In this document: piece by piece, positions 1 to 10,204 of the stretch
How the letters are laid out: the number at the start of each line of letters is the position of its first letter
How positions within the stretch are numbered: the stretch's first letter is position 1
Assembly (NCBI GenBank): GCA_948444795.1
Contig: CAOJUX010000003.1
Location: 3,451 to 67,450, forward strand
Length of the DNA stretch: 64,000 nucleotides
From: an uncultured Erysipelotrichaceae bacterium
Lineage (GTDB): Bacteria; Bacillota_I; Bacilli_A; RF39; UBA660
Direction of reading: 5' to 3'
Translations under genes and position numbers: made by a program
Notes under the pieces: generated by a model
The model's database searches: none
What the model saw: only the letters and a program-made list of their open reading frames with translations
What the model was told of the DNA's origin: nothing

Positions 1-15
1 AGAATATAACTATTT

Positions 16-435
16 TTAAAGAGCTCTATTATCTAGATACCAACCGCCAGAATGACTAGCAGTTGTAATTGCTCCTTTTTCTCTTCTAAGTATTAAATCG
101 TATGATTCTCCTGCAAATACATTTATCGCATTTGAACCCCAACTTTTTGTTTCGTTTTTACTTAAAGTAATAAATCCTGTAGTTCCATTACTTGATTTTG
201 TTTTAGCTTTTACATTTACCATTGCTGAAGTTGTATTATCTACTGTTCCACTACTACGGTAATATTGTTCCCCATCATATTCTTTAGTTTGAGTAGATGC
301 AGTTATTTCACCACCCCATCGAGGTAATGTAACACCTACTATAGATTGATAACCATTTCTATAAGCAACTGCAACAGCGGATGAAAATACACAAGAAATA
401 ATAAAAGCTATACTTGTCCATTTTAAATATTTCAT
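16..435 (-). CDS. hypothetical secreted protein
   Basis: ORF 16..456. Internal ATG at 435 is preceded by an AAGGA RBS. N-terminus MKYLKWTSIAFIISCVFSSAVAVA looks like a Sec signal peptide. No family recognised. Confidence 0.5.
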   Translation of the reverse strand: MKYLKWTSIAFIISCVFSSAVAVAYRNGYQSIVGVTLPRWGGEITASTQTKEYDGEQYYRSSGTVDNTTSAMVNVKAKTKSSNGTTGFITLSKNETKSWGSNAINVFAGESYDLILRREKGAITTASHSGGWYLDNRAL

Positions 436-633
436 ATGACCATTCCTTTCCAACATATTCTCTTTACTGACTAGAGTATAAAATAAAAATAATTAATAAA
501 ATAATTAATAAGTCTTAAATTTATATTTTCATGTCTATTTTTGTTTTTATAAAAAAAATGAATAATTTTGGCCAACTTTATTTTTTTATATATTTTTATC
601 TACACAAAATTATAACATTAATCCACATTTTTT

Positions 634-1314
634 TTAATTTATTGTTTTTAAAATTTTTTCATAAATATAATATTGTCCTTTATAATTAGGATAATAATTT
701 TTATTAATGTTAAAATATTTTGGATAATTAGTAATTTCCTTAATATCTATAAATGATATGTTCTCTTTATTAGCTAACTCTTTTAACAATTGATTTGCAT
801 ATTCTAACTTTGTTTCACTTAAAAAATTTGTTTTATATAATCCAATAATATATATTTTACCACTTGATATTTTTTTTATTTTCTTAATTATTTGTTCATA
901 ATTTTCTATATAATTTTTTATATAAGAATTAGTCAAAATATTTTTACTAGCAAAATTATTTAATTCATCCATCCCAAGGGATATAGTAATGATAAGAGAT
1001 TTTTTTATAGCCTGATTTATAGTTATATTATTTTCGGCAATTTTTTTGTTAGTATCTAATTTATGTAATAAACTTTTAGTAGTTTCATCAACTTCATTAT
1101 ATTTTTTATAATAATTATGAATTTTATTTTGATTTTTTAAATTTTCTACTAAATAATCATTATAGTTATATCCTTCTATATGATATGGTGTCATCCCTGT
1201 TGAAATACCATCTCCTAAAGCTAAATAACTTTTATTTTCATTTTTGGTATTAAAATATATCAAAGTAGTAAAAATCGTTCCAAATAAAATTATCAATATT
1301 ATTTTATGTTTCAT
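634..1314 (-). CDS. SGNH/GDSL-like hydrolase family protein, membrane anchored or secreted
   Basis: ORF 634..1326; second ATG (1314) follows a GGGGGA RBS. Hydrophobic N-terminus, then block-I-like LALGDGISTG. Overall size is typical of GDSL-like lipase/acylhydrolases. Confidence 0.55.
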   Translation of the reverse strand: MKHKIILIILFGTIFTTLIYFNTKNENKSYLALGDGISTGMTPYHIEGYNYNDYLVENLKNQNKIHNYYKKYNEVDETTKSLLHKLDTNKKIAENNITINQAIKKSLIITISLGMDELNNFASKNILTNSYIKNYIENYEQIIKKIKKISSGKIYIIGLYKTNFLSETKLEYANQLLKELANKENISFIDIKEITNYPKYFNINKNYYPNYKGQYYIYEKILKTIN

Positions 1315-1345
1315 AAATTCCCCCATAAAAAAAATAGTATTTATA

Positions 1346-2614
1346 CTATTTTATTTCTACAACAGAGATATTAGCACCGACTTCAGATAGTTTTTTAACA
1401 ATTTTTTCATATCCTCTTAAAATGAATTCTACATTTATTATTGTTGTTTGTTCTTTTGCTAATAATGCTGCTAAAAAAAGAGTTGCACCAGCTCTTAAGT
1501 CGCTGGCTTCTACTAAAGTTCCATGAAAATCTATTGGCCCTTTAATTATTTCTTTGTTATCTTCAACTTTTATATTTGCTCCCATTTCATTTAAATATTT
1601 AACATGTCCCATTCTTTTATTATAAATAGTTTCAGTTATTGAAGAAATACCATTTGCTTTTGATAATAAAACACTAATTGGCTGAGCAAGATCTGTAGGG
1701 AATCCGGGATAAACTTCAGTTTTTAAATTAATAGGGTTTAAATTAACGGATTTATTTACTATTATCTTATCTTTATCTAAAATATATTTTACTCCTAACT
1801 TATCTAATATTGTTAAGAGAGAAGTTAAATGTTGCGGTATTATATTACATATTTCTAGATTTTTTCCAACTAACGCACCAGCTATTATATAAGTTCCAGC
1901 TTCTATCCTATCTGGTATTACGCCAACTAAACCATTTGATAATTTTTTTACTCCTATTATTTCTATTGTTTTTGTCCCCGCACCTTTTATTTTAGCTCCC
2001 ATACTATTTAAAAAAGTAGCTATATTAAGAATTTCTGGTTCACAAGCGGCATTATTAATAATTGTTTTACCTTTAGCTTTAACACTTGCTAACATTACAT
2101 TGATTGTTGCACCTACACTTGGAAAATCTAAATTTATTTTTGTTCCAATTAATTCTTCTGCTTCTATAATAAATTTATTGTTCTCAGTTCTAATTTTAGC
2201 CCCTAAAGCTTCAAAGGCTTTTAAATGATAATCAATTTGACGTGCCCCAAAATTACATCCCCCAGGGTAATAAATTTCTACATGTTTAAATTTAGTTAAA
2301 AGAGAACCCATAAAATAATATGATGCTCTAAGACGATTTGATAAATCTTCTGGTATAGCTATATTCTCTATTTTTTTATTATCTATTTTAATATAATCTG
2401 ATGTTTTTGTTATTTGACAGTTTAATAATATAAGTATTTTTGTTAATACTTCAACGTCAGTTATATCTGGAATATTATAAATAGTTGATTCATCATCAGA
2501 TAGGATAGCGGCTGGAAGTAATGCTACTATGCTATTTTTTGCACCATTTATTTTTATTCTACCACTTAACTCTTTACCTCCAGTAATAACCATTTTTTTC
2601 AAATGAAACACCAC
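1346..2614 (-). CDS. murA: UDP-N-acetylglucosamine 1-carboxyvinyltransferase
   Basis: 422-aa ORF with the ITGGKELSGRIKINGAKNS N-terminus and active-site YPGGCNFGARQID. The true start is probably TTG 2605 or ATG 2593. Confidence 0.93.
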   Translation of the reverse strand: MVFHLKKMVITGGKELSGRIKINGAKNSIVALLPAAILSDDESTIYNIPDITDVEVLTKILILLNCQITKTSDYIKIDNKKIENIAIPEDLSNRLRASYYFMGSLLTKFKHVEIYYPGGCNFGARQIDYHLKAFEALGAKIRTENNKFIIEAEELIGTKINLDFPSVGATINVMLASVKAKGKTIINNAACEPEILNIATFLNSMGAKIKGAGTKTIEIIGVKKLSNGLVGVIPDRIEAGTYIIAGALVGKNLEICNIIPQHLTSLLTILDKLGVKYILDKDKIIVNKSVNLNPINLKTEVYPGFPTDLAQPISVLLSKANGISSITETIYNKRMGHVKYLNEMGANIKVEDNKEIIKGPIDFHGTLVEASDLRAGATLFLAALLAKEQTTIINVEFILRGYEKIVKKLSEVGANISVVEIK

Positions 2615-2669
2615 CCTTATTATTTATAATATATAATTTAATTATTTTTTTGTCAAATTTTATAATTAT

Positions 2670-3203
2670 TTATTTACATAAATTGAATATACCAATTATA
2701 AGCAATAGAATAGAACCAAAAATACTTGAATATACTCCAAGTAATCGTGATGCATATTTCCCTATTAATAAACCTATATAAGTAAATATTGAACTTATTA
2801 AAGCAAATATACTTACACATAATAATATATTACTTGATAAAGCACTTATTCCTATGCCAGTTGAGAAGGAGTCAATAGATACTGTTATAGCTAATATTAT
2901 AAGTTCTATTGTATTAATTATTTTTTTATTTTCCTGTTTTAAAGCTTCTATAATCATTGCCAGCGCTAAATAAATTAATATTATTCCTAATAAAAAATGA
3001 GTATTTAGGTTAAAAAGATTAGACAGATATATACCTAAATAGTTGCCTAATAAAGGCATCATAAAATGAAATGATCCTACAAGAATGGGAAAAAATAACA
3101 TTTTTCTTTTACCCAAATTAGATATTCCTAAACCAAGAGATATAGAAAAGGTATCCATTGATAAGGCTACTGCTATAACAATTACTGTGATAAATTCTCT
3201 CAT
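2670..3203 (-). CDS. mntP: MntP/YtaF-family membrane protein (manganese efflux pump-like)
   Basis: 177-aa polytopic ORF with duplicated motifs ALSMDTFSISLG and AITVSIDSFSTG, typical of the MntP/YtaF family. Confidence 0.7.
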   Translation of the reverse strand: MREFITVIVIAVALSMDTFSISLGLGISNLGKRKMLFFPILVGSFHFMMPLLGNYLGIYLSNLFNLNTHFLLGIILIYLALAMIIEALKQENKKIINTIELIILAITVSIDSFSTGIGISALSSNILLCVSIFALISSIFTYIGLLIGKYASRLLGVYSSIFGSILLLIIGIFNLCK

Positions 3204-3248
3204 AATAAAAATCCTCCTAAAAAATTATATTAGAAAGATTTTTATTTA

Positions 3249-3746
3249 TTACATATATTTATTAATAATATCTTTTACAAAAAATTTATAATCTTTATCA
3301 TTAATATTATTTTCGTCTTCATAACATAATGGAGGAAAAAGTAAACACCACCAATTATCTCCTTTTCCTTCTCCTAAAGTTATTACAAGAGATTCATAAT
3401 TACCTGCTTCGTATTTAACTCCTTTATAGCTTTTTTCGGGAAAGTAATTACTACCATAATTTATATTATAATTTATTTCATAATTATTTATCATTTCTTT
3501 GATAGTAGGAATATTTTCATTTATTTTATTTTTAACTTCTTCTTTATTTTTTGATTTAACTTTACTTGATAATATATCTTCAACATTATTTTTTATTTCC
3601 ATTTTTGTTGATTGATCTTCTATTTTATTGCTACTAGCAATAACTCTAAATCTAATTGCATCATTAGGTATTATATATTCTTTATTAGAATTACATATAC
3701 TGAAAAATATACATAAAAAGAATAAGATTATAATTACTTTTTTCAT
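3249..3746 (-). CDS. spoIIR: stage II sporulation protein R
   Basis: Signal peptide plus the IRFRVIASSN motif and DNWWCLLFPPLCY motif, characteristic of SpoIIR. Confidence 0.85.
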   Translation of the reverse strand: MKKVIIILFFLCIFFSICNSNKEYIIPNDAIRFRVIASSNKIEDQSTKMEIKNNVEDILSSKVKSKNKEEVKNKINENIPTIKEMINNYEINYNINYGSNYFPEKSYKGVKYEAGNYESLVITLGEGKGDNWWCLLFPPLCYEDENNINDKDYKFFVKDIINKYM

Positions 3747-3795
3747 TTTTTATCACCTAAGTAATTATGTCTTATTCTAATTTTTTTATGCATTT

Positions 3796-5022
3796 TTATT
3801 TTTCTATTAAGATTTCTTTAACATTCGCCTTTTTTTTGTGTTCAATTTGAACCCATTTTAATTCTTTTTTAAATAAATATATAAAATTAATTGGTATCCA
3901 AGTTATAATAAACAATGAAAATAATAAAATTCCATGTAATGAGTCATAGACATCTCTTTTATAATACATTATTACAAATATATTAATTATTACACTGCCT
4001 AAATATACAATCATAAAACATACTAATCCAAGTGATGATATATATGAAAATATATCATTTAATTCTATGCCTGTCATACGGAAAATTCCTAAAACTCCAG
4101 TTAAAGCAATGGCTAGAATCGAAAACCATGGTGCTGCACTAAATAATACTTTATCTAAAGCAGAAAAATCTTTATCTTTAATAAATTTCTTTAATAAAGG
4201 TTTTCTATATAGCCTATTACAATCAATTATTCCTTTGCTCCATCTACTTCTTTGATGCCATGAATCTTTAAATTTTATTGGCTGTTCATCATATGTAATA
4301 GCATTTTCGACATAAGCAATCTTTTCTCCTCTTAAAACACAAAGAATAGATAATTCTATATCTTCAGTTACAGTTTTTGGTTCAAATCCGTCATCTATTA
4401 TTTTTTTGGCAACCATAAATCCAGTTCCATTAATTGCTGCTGCTGCATCTACTTTCATACGTGATTTATTAAAGAAAAAGTTTTGTATATAGTAAAATAA
4501 GGAGTAACTTGCGCTTAACCAATTATCTTCAAGATTCTTACTATCTTTTCTACCTTGCGCCACATTGTAGCCAGAAGTATAAGCATTATTCATTATTTTT
4601 AAAAAATCAGGATGTACTACATTATCGGCATCAAATATTATATATGCATCATAATCTTTCTTTTTTAATTTTTTGAAAGCAAATTGTAAAACATCTCCTT
4701 TTGATTTAGTTTTTTCTGTAACATTTATTACTTTTGCTCCCGCTTTTTTGGAAACACTTTCTGTATTATCAGTACAATTATTTGCAAATACATAAATATC
4801 ATATAATTTAGTTGGATAATCTTGTTCTTTTAAACTTTTTATTAAATCTTTAATAACTATTGCTTCATTTCTTGCAGCAATAATTACGGCAAATTTAGTC
4901 CTAGCTTTATGATATCTAATTGGATCTTCAACATTTCTAAATGCTAAAAGCCCACTTATAGCAAAATAAAGACCATATAATAGCGTAATTACAAACAATG
5001 TGTAATATATAAATAAAATCAT
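3796..5022 (-). CDS. processive family-2 glycosyltransferase (PgaC/IcaA/cellulose-synthase-like), membrane bound
   Basis: 408-aa ORF with N- and C-terminal TM segments, the FDADN (DxD) motif and the QRSRW (QxxRW) motif of processive GT2 enzymes. Confidence 0.8.
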   Translation of the reverse strand: MILFIYYTLFVITLLYGLYFAISGLLAFRNVEDPIRYHKARTKFAVIIAARNEAIVIKDLIKSLKEQDYPTKLYDIYVFANNCTDNTESVSKKAGAKVINVTEKTKSKGDVLQFAFKKLKKKDYDAYIIFDADNVVHPDFLKIMNNAYTSGYNVAQGRKDSKNLEDNWLSASYSLFYYIQNFFFNKSRMKVDAAAAINGTGFMVAKKIIDDGFEPKTVTEDIELSILCVLRGEKIAYVENAITYDEQPIKFKDSWHQRSRWSKGIIDCNRLYRKPLLKKFIKDKDFSALDKVLFSAAPWFSILAIALTGVLGIFRMTGIELNDIFSYISSLGLVCFMIVYLGSVIINIFVIMYYKRDVYDSLHGILLFSLFIITWIPINFIYLFKKELKWVQIEHKKKANVKEILIEK

Positions 5023-5090
5023 AATTTTAACTCCTTTTGGCCTAATATAATTTTATATTTATTATTATAAACTGTCAAGTCTTAAATTTA

Positions 5091-5828
5091 TTACAGATTT
5101 GTAATAAACAAGTATCTATCTTTTCCAGATAAATCTTGTTCTATATCTATTTTGGCATTACTTAAGTATTTTAATGCTATTTTTTTTAATATGTTTCCTT
5201 GCTTATATCCTATTTCAAATGCCATAAAATATTTATCTTGTAAAAGATTTTGGTGATTTTTAATTATATACTCATAAAATTCTATACCATTTTTTTTAGC
5301 AAAAATTGCGTTTTGAGGTTCATATTTAGTAGAAATATCAACCTGCTCACTATGACTAACATATGGAGGATTGCTTATTAAAATGGTAAATTTTTTTATT
5401 GGTTTATATTTAAATATATTTTTATGTTTTAAAAGTATACTTACCCTATTATTTTTTAAATTCTTTTTGGCTATTTTTAAAGCTTTTATAGATTTATCTA
5501 TACTTGTTATATTTAAAGATGGTATTTCTTTTTTTAAAACTATAGAAATACACCCACTACCTGTTCCTATTTCTAGGACATCTTCTTCTTCCAAATGATA
5601 TTTCTTTAAATATTTAATAGTTTTTTCTACTAAAGTTTCGGTCTCAAATCTTGGTATTAAAACATTTTTATTTACTATTATTTTATATCCATAGAAATCT
5701 ACATTTCCTATTAAGTATTGAATAGGATATTTTATATTAATCATTTTTTGTAATTTTTTTTTCTTATATTTTTTTGTTAATAACTGCCAATCAATATTTG
5801 ATATATAATCAGGTTTAATCATTTTCAC
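5091..5828 (-). CDS. prmC: peptide chain release factor N5-glutamine methyltransferase
   Basis: SAM motif EIGTGSG and NPPY motif (ISNPPYVS). Overlaps the 3' end of prfA by 14 nt, the classic prfA-prmC arrangement. Confidence 0.9.
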   Translation of the reverse strand: MKMIKPDYISNIDWQLLTKKYKKKKLQKMINIKYPIQYLIGNVDFYGYKIIVNKNVLIPRFETETLVEKTIKYLKKYHLEEEDVLEIGTGSGCISIVLKKEIPSLNITSIDKSIKALKIAKKNLKNNRVSILLKHKNIFKYKPIKKFTILISNPPYVSHSEQVDISTKYEPQNAIFAKKNGIEFYEYIIKNHQNLLQDKYFMAFEIGYKQGNILKKIALKYLSNAKIDIEQDLSGKDRYLFITNL

Positions 5829-6876
5829 CAGCTAATTTCATTTTTAAATCTTCTGTTATTAAAGCATCAATAATTGGTTCTAATTCACCATTCATTACCC
5901 TATCTAAATTCATAACGGAAAAACCAATACGATGGTCTGTCACTCTATTTTGAGGATAATTATATGTTCTAATTTTTTCTGATCTATCTCCAGTTCCTAT
6001 TTTAGTTTTTCTTTCGTTTCCTTCTTTATCATTTTGTTCTTGAATTAAATTATCATATAGTTTAATTTTTAATAGTTTCATTGCAATTTCTTTATTCTTT
6101 AATTGACTTCTTTCATTTTGACAAGTCACAACTGTATTTGTAGGCAAATGAGTTATTCTTACAGCAGAATTTGAAGTATTTACTGATTGACCTCCTGCTC
6201 CACTTGAATGATATACATCTATTTTTAAATCACTTTCTTTTATATCTATATCAATATCTTCTACTTCGGGCATTACAAGAACAGTAGCTGTCGAAGTATG
6301 AATTCTTCCTTGATTTTCAGTTTCGGGAACTCTTTGCACACGATGAGCACCACTTTCATATTTTAGTTTACTATAAACATTTTCGCCTTTTATGATACAT
6401 TCAACTTGGGAAAATCCCCCACTTGTACCTTCAATAGAATGAGTAATTTCTATTTTCCAGTTATTTTTTTCAGCATAATATGAATACATTCTTAAAAGAT
6501 CTCCAGCAAAAATATTAGCTTCGTCTCCTCCTGCTGCTCCACGGATTTCCATAATAACATTTTTTCCATCATTTTCATCTTTAGGTATTAACATAATTTC
6601 AAGTTCATTTTCAAGTTCTGTTAATTTTTTTGAATTTTCTGTTATTTCAGATTCTGCCATTTCTTTTAATTCAGAATCATTTAATAATGATTTTGCTTCT
6701 TCTATACTTTTTTTACAAGCTTTATATTCATTATATTTAATTACTATTTCTTTTAAATCACTTTGTTCTTTTGATAAACTTTTAACTTGCTTAAAATCAG
6801 ACATTATATTAGGATCCATTAATAACTTATTTACTTCTTCATATCTCTTTTCAATACTTTCCAATTTATTATCCAT
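5815..6876 (-). CDS. prfA: peptide chain release factor 1
   Basis: 353 aa with the GGQ motif (SGAGGQSVN) and PET tripeptide region RVQRVPETENQGRIHTS. Confidence 0.96.
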   Translation of the reverse strand: MDNKLESIEKRYEEVNKLLMDPNIMSDFKQVKSLSKEQSDLKEIVIKYNEYKACKKSIEEAKSLLNDSELKEMAESEITENSKKLTELENELEIMLIPKDENDGKNVIMEIRGAAGGDEANIFAGDLLRMYSYYAEKNNWKIEITHSIEGTSGGFSQVECIIKGENVYSKLKYESGAHRVQRVPETENQGRIHTSTATVLVMPEVEDIDIDIKESDLKIDVYHSSGAGGQSVNTSNSAVRITHLPTNTVVTCQNERSQLKNKEIAMKLLKIKLYDNLIQEQNDKEGNERKTKIGTGDRSEKIRTYNYPQNRVTDHRIGFSVMNLDRVMNGELEPIIDALITEDLKMKLAGEND

Positions 6877-6916
6877 TTTTTATCCTCCTATATAAAGAAA
6901 AAATTGGTTTTACCAA

Positions 6917-7327
6917 TTACTCTTCTTCTTCATCAATTATAACTAAATCTTTTAAATCTTCATCGGCATCGTCACTTTCATCTTCATCATAAAAAATAGT
7001 ATCATCATCTGGTTCATCATTATCTTCTATATTAATTTCAATATCATCTTCTTCTTCATCTTCAATAATAATTTTTTCTGAATGTTTTTCTCTTAAATCC
7101 CAAGAACCATTTTCTAACATAATAAACCTTTTATCTAAAGTTAACATTTCAAAAAAATCTTCTATTTCTCTTTCTATTTTATCTTCTGAAAAATCAAGTA
7201 ATTTACCAATTTGATTAAATAAATCAATTATTTTAAAGTTTTTACCTTTTTCTTTTAAGATTTCGTATGCGATATCATCATAGCTCATATTTTCTAAATC
7301 TTCTTTTGATAGTTTTGATAATTTCAT
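6917..7327 (-). CDS. rpoE: DNA-directed RNA polymerase delta subunit
   Basis: N-terminal HARE-HTH-like domain (MSYDDIAYEILKEKGK...) followed by a strongly acidic D/E tail, typical of Firmicute RpoE. Confidence 0.8.
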   Translation of the reverse strand: MKLSKLSKEDLENMSYDDIAYEILKEKGKNFKIIDLFNQIGKLLDFSEDKIEREIEDFFEMLTLDKRFIMLENGSWDLREKHSEKIIIEDEEEDDIEINIEDNDEPDDDTIFYDEDESDDADEDLKDLVIIDEEEE

Positions 7328-7338
7328 AATTATACCTC

Positions 7339-9033
7339 CTACATTTTTTCAGGTATTTCTATACCTAATAAGTCTAACATATTTTTTAGGATATTGTTTG
7401 ATAATTTCAATAAAATTAACCAATTTGCCTTTTTATTTACATCATCTATTGTTTTTATATGATTGTTTTCATAAAAGGAATTAATGCAAACACACAAATC
7501 ATATACAAAATTAGCTAAAATAGATGGCATACGTAAATTAAAAGCATTTTTAATAGAATATTCAAGTTCTAATAATTTTAATCTTAAATTTCTATCAGTA
7601 TCATTATATATTATATTATTAAAATTGCAAGGGTTTATTTCACAAATTTTTAAAATACTATTAATTCTTAAATATGTATATAAAATATAAGGTCCAGTTT
7701 TTCCTACTACTAGAGAGAATTTTTGGATATCAAAGTTATAGTCTTTTTCACGATTATTTTGCAGGTCCGCAAATTTAATTATAGCATTTACTAAAATATC
7801 TATATCTTTTATATTCATATCTTTATTCTTTTCATTTGATTTCATAAATGCTTCTTTTACTTCGGCAAATAATTCATCGAGTTTAGGAGCTTTTCCACTT
7901 CTGGTTTTAAATGGTTTTCCATCGCTGCCATTAACTGTACCAAAAGGTAAATGTTCAAAATTGATATTTTTAGCTATATCTAACTTTTCACATACTCTAA
8001 ATACTTGCTTAAAATGAAGACTTTGACGATTATCTGTCACATAAAGAATATATTTTGGATTAAAATCTTCTACTCTTTCTATAATAGTTGCTAAATCAGT
8101 AGTACTGTATAAATATCCTTCATTACTTTTTTGATAAATTAAAGGAGGTATTTCTACTTTATCTTCTTCTTTATTTACTTCAATTATTTTGGCATTTTCA
8201 CTATCTTTTAATAAATCTTGTTCAGTTAAATAATTTGTTAATTTATCTATATATTTATATGAATCTGATTCTCCATACCAAAAGTCAAAAGAAACACTTA
8301 AATATTTATATATTCTTTTTATATCTTTTATTGATTCTTCTTTAATCTTTTCTAAGTATTTATGATATTCTAAATTTCCATCTTGTAATTCTTTAGTTAT
8401 TTCTTCACATGTTTTTTTTATTTGTTCATTTTCTTTACATAAACCGCTTATTTCAGGATAGATGCTTTCTAATATTTTTATATTAATATCATTTATATCA
8501 ATATTTTTTTGTTTTAAACCATATATTACTTGACCTATTTGCAAGCCATAATCACCTAAGTGAACATCAGCATATATATTTCCACCTAGATATTTAATTA
8601 TCCTTTTAATTGATTCTCCAACAATAGCGCTTCTTAAATGACCAACATGAAGAGGCTTAGCAATATTTGGTCCACCATAATCGATAATATAAGTATCATT
8701 TGGAATTTCGGTTATATTAAATTTTTCTTTATTTTGCATTTGACTTAAGTAATTATTAATTAGTTTGTCACTTAGAGTAATATTTACAAAGCCATTTACT
8801 GCTTCTATTTTAGAAAAATCATTATTATTATCTATTTTTTTTAGAATTTCCACAATTTCTTCACTTATATCTTTTGGACTTTTGTGGAGTATTTTAGTTA
8901 GTTTAAAAGAACCATCAAATTGATAATCACATAAATCTTTACGATTTGATATACTTACCTTTATTTGATCTAATTCAATATTTAATTTATCTAATGCTTG
9001 TTTTATTTTTTTTTCTATATAATTAGTAATCAT
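7339..9033 (-). CDS. argS: arginine--tRNA ligase
   Basis: 564 aa with the class I HIGH variant PLHVGHLRS and typical ArgS length and C-terminal DALR-like region. Confidence 0.95.
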   Translation of the reverse strand: MITNYIEKKIKQALDKLNIELDQIKVSISNRKDLCDYQFDGSFKLTKILHKSPKDISEEIVEILKKIDNNNDFSKIEAVNGFVNITLSDKLINNYLSQMQNKEKFNITEIPNDTYIIDYGGPNIAKPLHVGHLRSAIVGESIKRIIKYLGGNIYADVHLGDYGLQIGQVIYGLKQKNIDINDINIKILESIYPEISGLCKENEQIKKTCEEITKELQDGNLEYHKYLEKIKEESIKDIKRIYKYLSVSFDFWYGESDSYKYIDKLTNYLTEQDLLKDSENAKIIEVNKEEDKVEIPPLIYQKSNEGYLYSTTDLATIIERVEDFNPKYILYVTDNRQSLHFKQVFRVCEKLDIAKNINFEHLPFGTVNGSDGKPFKTRSGKAPKLDELFAEVKEAFMKSNEKNKDMNIKDIDILVNAIIKFADLQNNREKDYNFDIQKFSLVVGKTGPYILYTYLRINSILKICEINPCNFNNIIYNDTDRNLRLKLLELEYSIKNAFNLRMPSILANFVYDLCVCINSFYENNHIKTIDDVNKKANWLILLKLSNNILKNMLDLLGIEIPEKM

Positions 9034-9037
9034 TATA

Positions 9038-9376
9038 TCACTTTCTATCTATTATTAAATTTATTTTGGAATCTTCTGATTCAATCATATATTCTATTAT
9101 TATTTGTTCATCTTTTAGTTCTAATTTACTGTAATCAACATTTATATCAAATTTAATATCTTCTTGTTTTAAATATATATTACTTTTCTTTTTTATTATA
9201 TCTAAATAAAATATATATTCATCATTTTCTCTTATAAATATTTTATTTGCTGTATCAATAGTTGTTATAACATCTAAGAGATTAAATTTTAGAATTTGGT
9301 CTTTATTTGATATATTTTTTACAGTATCTTTGTAACTTAATTTATCATCTTTTAAAAGTTTTATTCTTAAATCCAT
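9038..9376 (-). CDS. DUF1934-like small protein (conserved partner upstream of argS)
   Basis: 112-aa ORF placed 4 nt upstream of argS, as DUF1934/YwiB genes are in Firmicutes. The call rests mostly on position and size. Confidence 0.45.
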   Translation of the reverse strand: MDLRIKLLKDDKLSYKDTVKNISNKDQILKFNLLDVITTIDTANKIFIRENDEYIFYLDIIKKKSNIYLKQEDIKFDINVDYSKLELKDEQIIIEYMIESEDSKINLIIDRK

Positions 9377-9593
9377 AAGAATACACCTCTTTTTTTCTTA
9401 GCCATTATATCATGTAAATAAAAAGATGTAAATTATAATTAATACAAAAAAAGGTTCTATCAATAATAATAGTACCTATATAAAAATATTAATATTTTTT
9501 ATTCTATATTATATGCAGTAGAGGAGCTTTTTCCATCCCCAGATTTAATATTAAATTTGATTTTATATCGACAAAAGAGGACAAATTGTTTTC

Positions 9594-9622
9594 TTGCTTT
9601 TTCTTCTTCTAATTTTTATAAT
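9594..9622 (+). promoter_or_regulatory. sigma-A-type promoter for the small-ORF transcript
   Basis: TTGCTT (9594..9599), 17-nt spacer, TATAAT (9617..9622). The predicted TSS falls at about 9629-9631, the first bases of the left inverted-repeat arm. Confidence 0.5.
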
Positions 9623-9630
9623 AGTATTTT

Positions 9631-9893
9631 GTGTGTTAGAAAAACTTTTGAGGTGCTTTGCTTTTATCAAATTTTTGTTCAGGAGAGGTTTTGGTCAAAC
9701 TTCGATAGGATGAGAAGGAGGTAACAGCCTATGGGAAAGAAAGATTTTTTAATCCTATTTCTTATAGTCATCATTATTCTACTTATATTGTTAGATATGA
9801 TAAAAGCGCTAGCTCACATATGCATTTGACCAATGTATGAGCTTAACGCTTTACAATAAAAGCAAAGTGTTATCAAAATTTTTTTCTAACACA
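9631..9893 (+). repeat. long-range imperfect inverted repeat (arms 9631..9667 and 9856..9893) enclosing a small ORF
   Basis: tgtgttagaaaaa (9632..9644) is complementary to tttttctaacaca (9881..9893). ctttgcttttat (9656..9667) is complementary to ataaaagcaaag (9856..9867). The right arm is followed by a T-rich run. Confidence 0.75.
9731..9829 (+). CDS. 32-aa hydrophobic peptide, candidate type I toxin
   Basis: AGGAGG RBS 7 nt upstream of ATG 9731. Product is MGKKDFLILFLIVIIILLILLDMIKALAHICI: charged N-terminus plus a single TM helix. Too short for the ORF track. Confidence 0.5.
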   Translation: MGKKDFLILFLIVIIILLILLDMIKALAHICI

Positions 9894-10204
9894 TTTTTAT
9901 TTTATGAAGTTTCCTTCATCTACATACATACTATCACATTATTTTTTTCTATACAATAGCCAATAACATTTTTTCTTGAAATTATTAAATTAAAATTTTT
10001 TTATTCTATAAATATTGTATTTGAATAAGAAGTATAATTACTTATCTTGGTACTACATCTTAATATTGCTATGGTTAAGGTTAGGTATGGCTTTCAATTA
10101 AACTTAAGACTATTATTAACATTATAACTACACCTATAATTTATACTTTTTCTTTTTTACATAATTTTTTTTATTATTTCCATAATAAAAAAAGGTGAAT
10201 ATCT

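Noticed and set aside
1180-1215. GDSL-family block I reads GDGIS rather than GDS, which could mean a lost nucleophile.
   Set aside because: A Ser is present two positions later (GDGISTG), and I cannot fix the alignment register without a profile. This is not strong enough to call an inactive enzyme.
1810-1995. Short antisense or alternative-frame ORFs from the six-frame track lying inside well-supported genes. Examples: 1810..1995, 3085..3291, 4067..4255, 5371..5598, 7484..7690, 11183..11458, 14582..14881, 15223..15429, 16023..16268, 26978..27211, 27009..27317, 27940..28335, 32395..32598, 36456..36665, 38616..38810, 50525..50710, 52106..52303, 53516..53704, 53866..54075, 59784..60113, 61473..61661, 62650..62859, 63726..63923.
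   Set aside because: Each is fully embedded in a longer ORF with clear family motifs. Their products are low-complexity (L/F/I/K/S-rich), as expected from chance frames in AT-rich DNA, and none has an RBS or recognisable motif.
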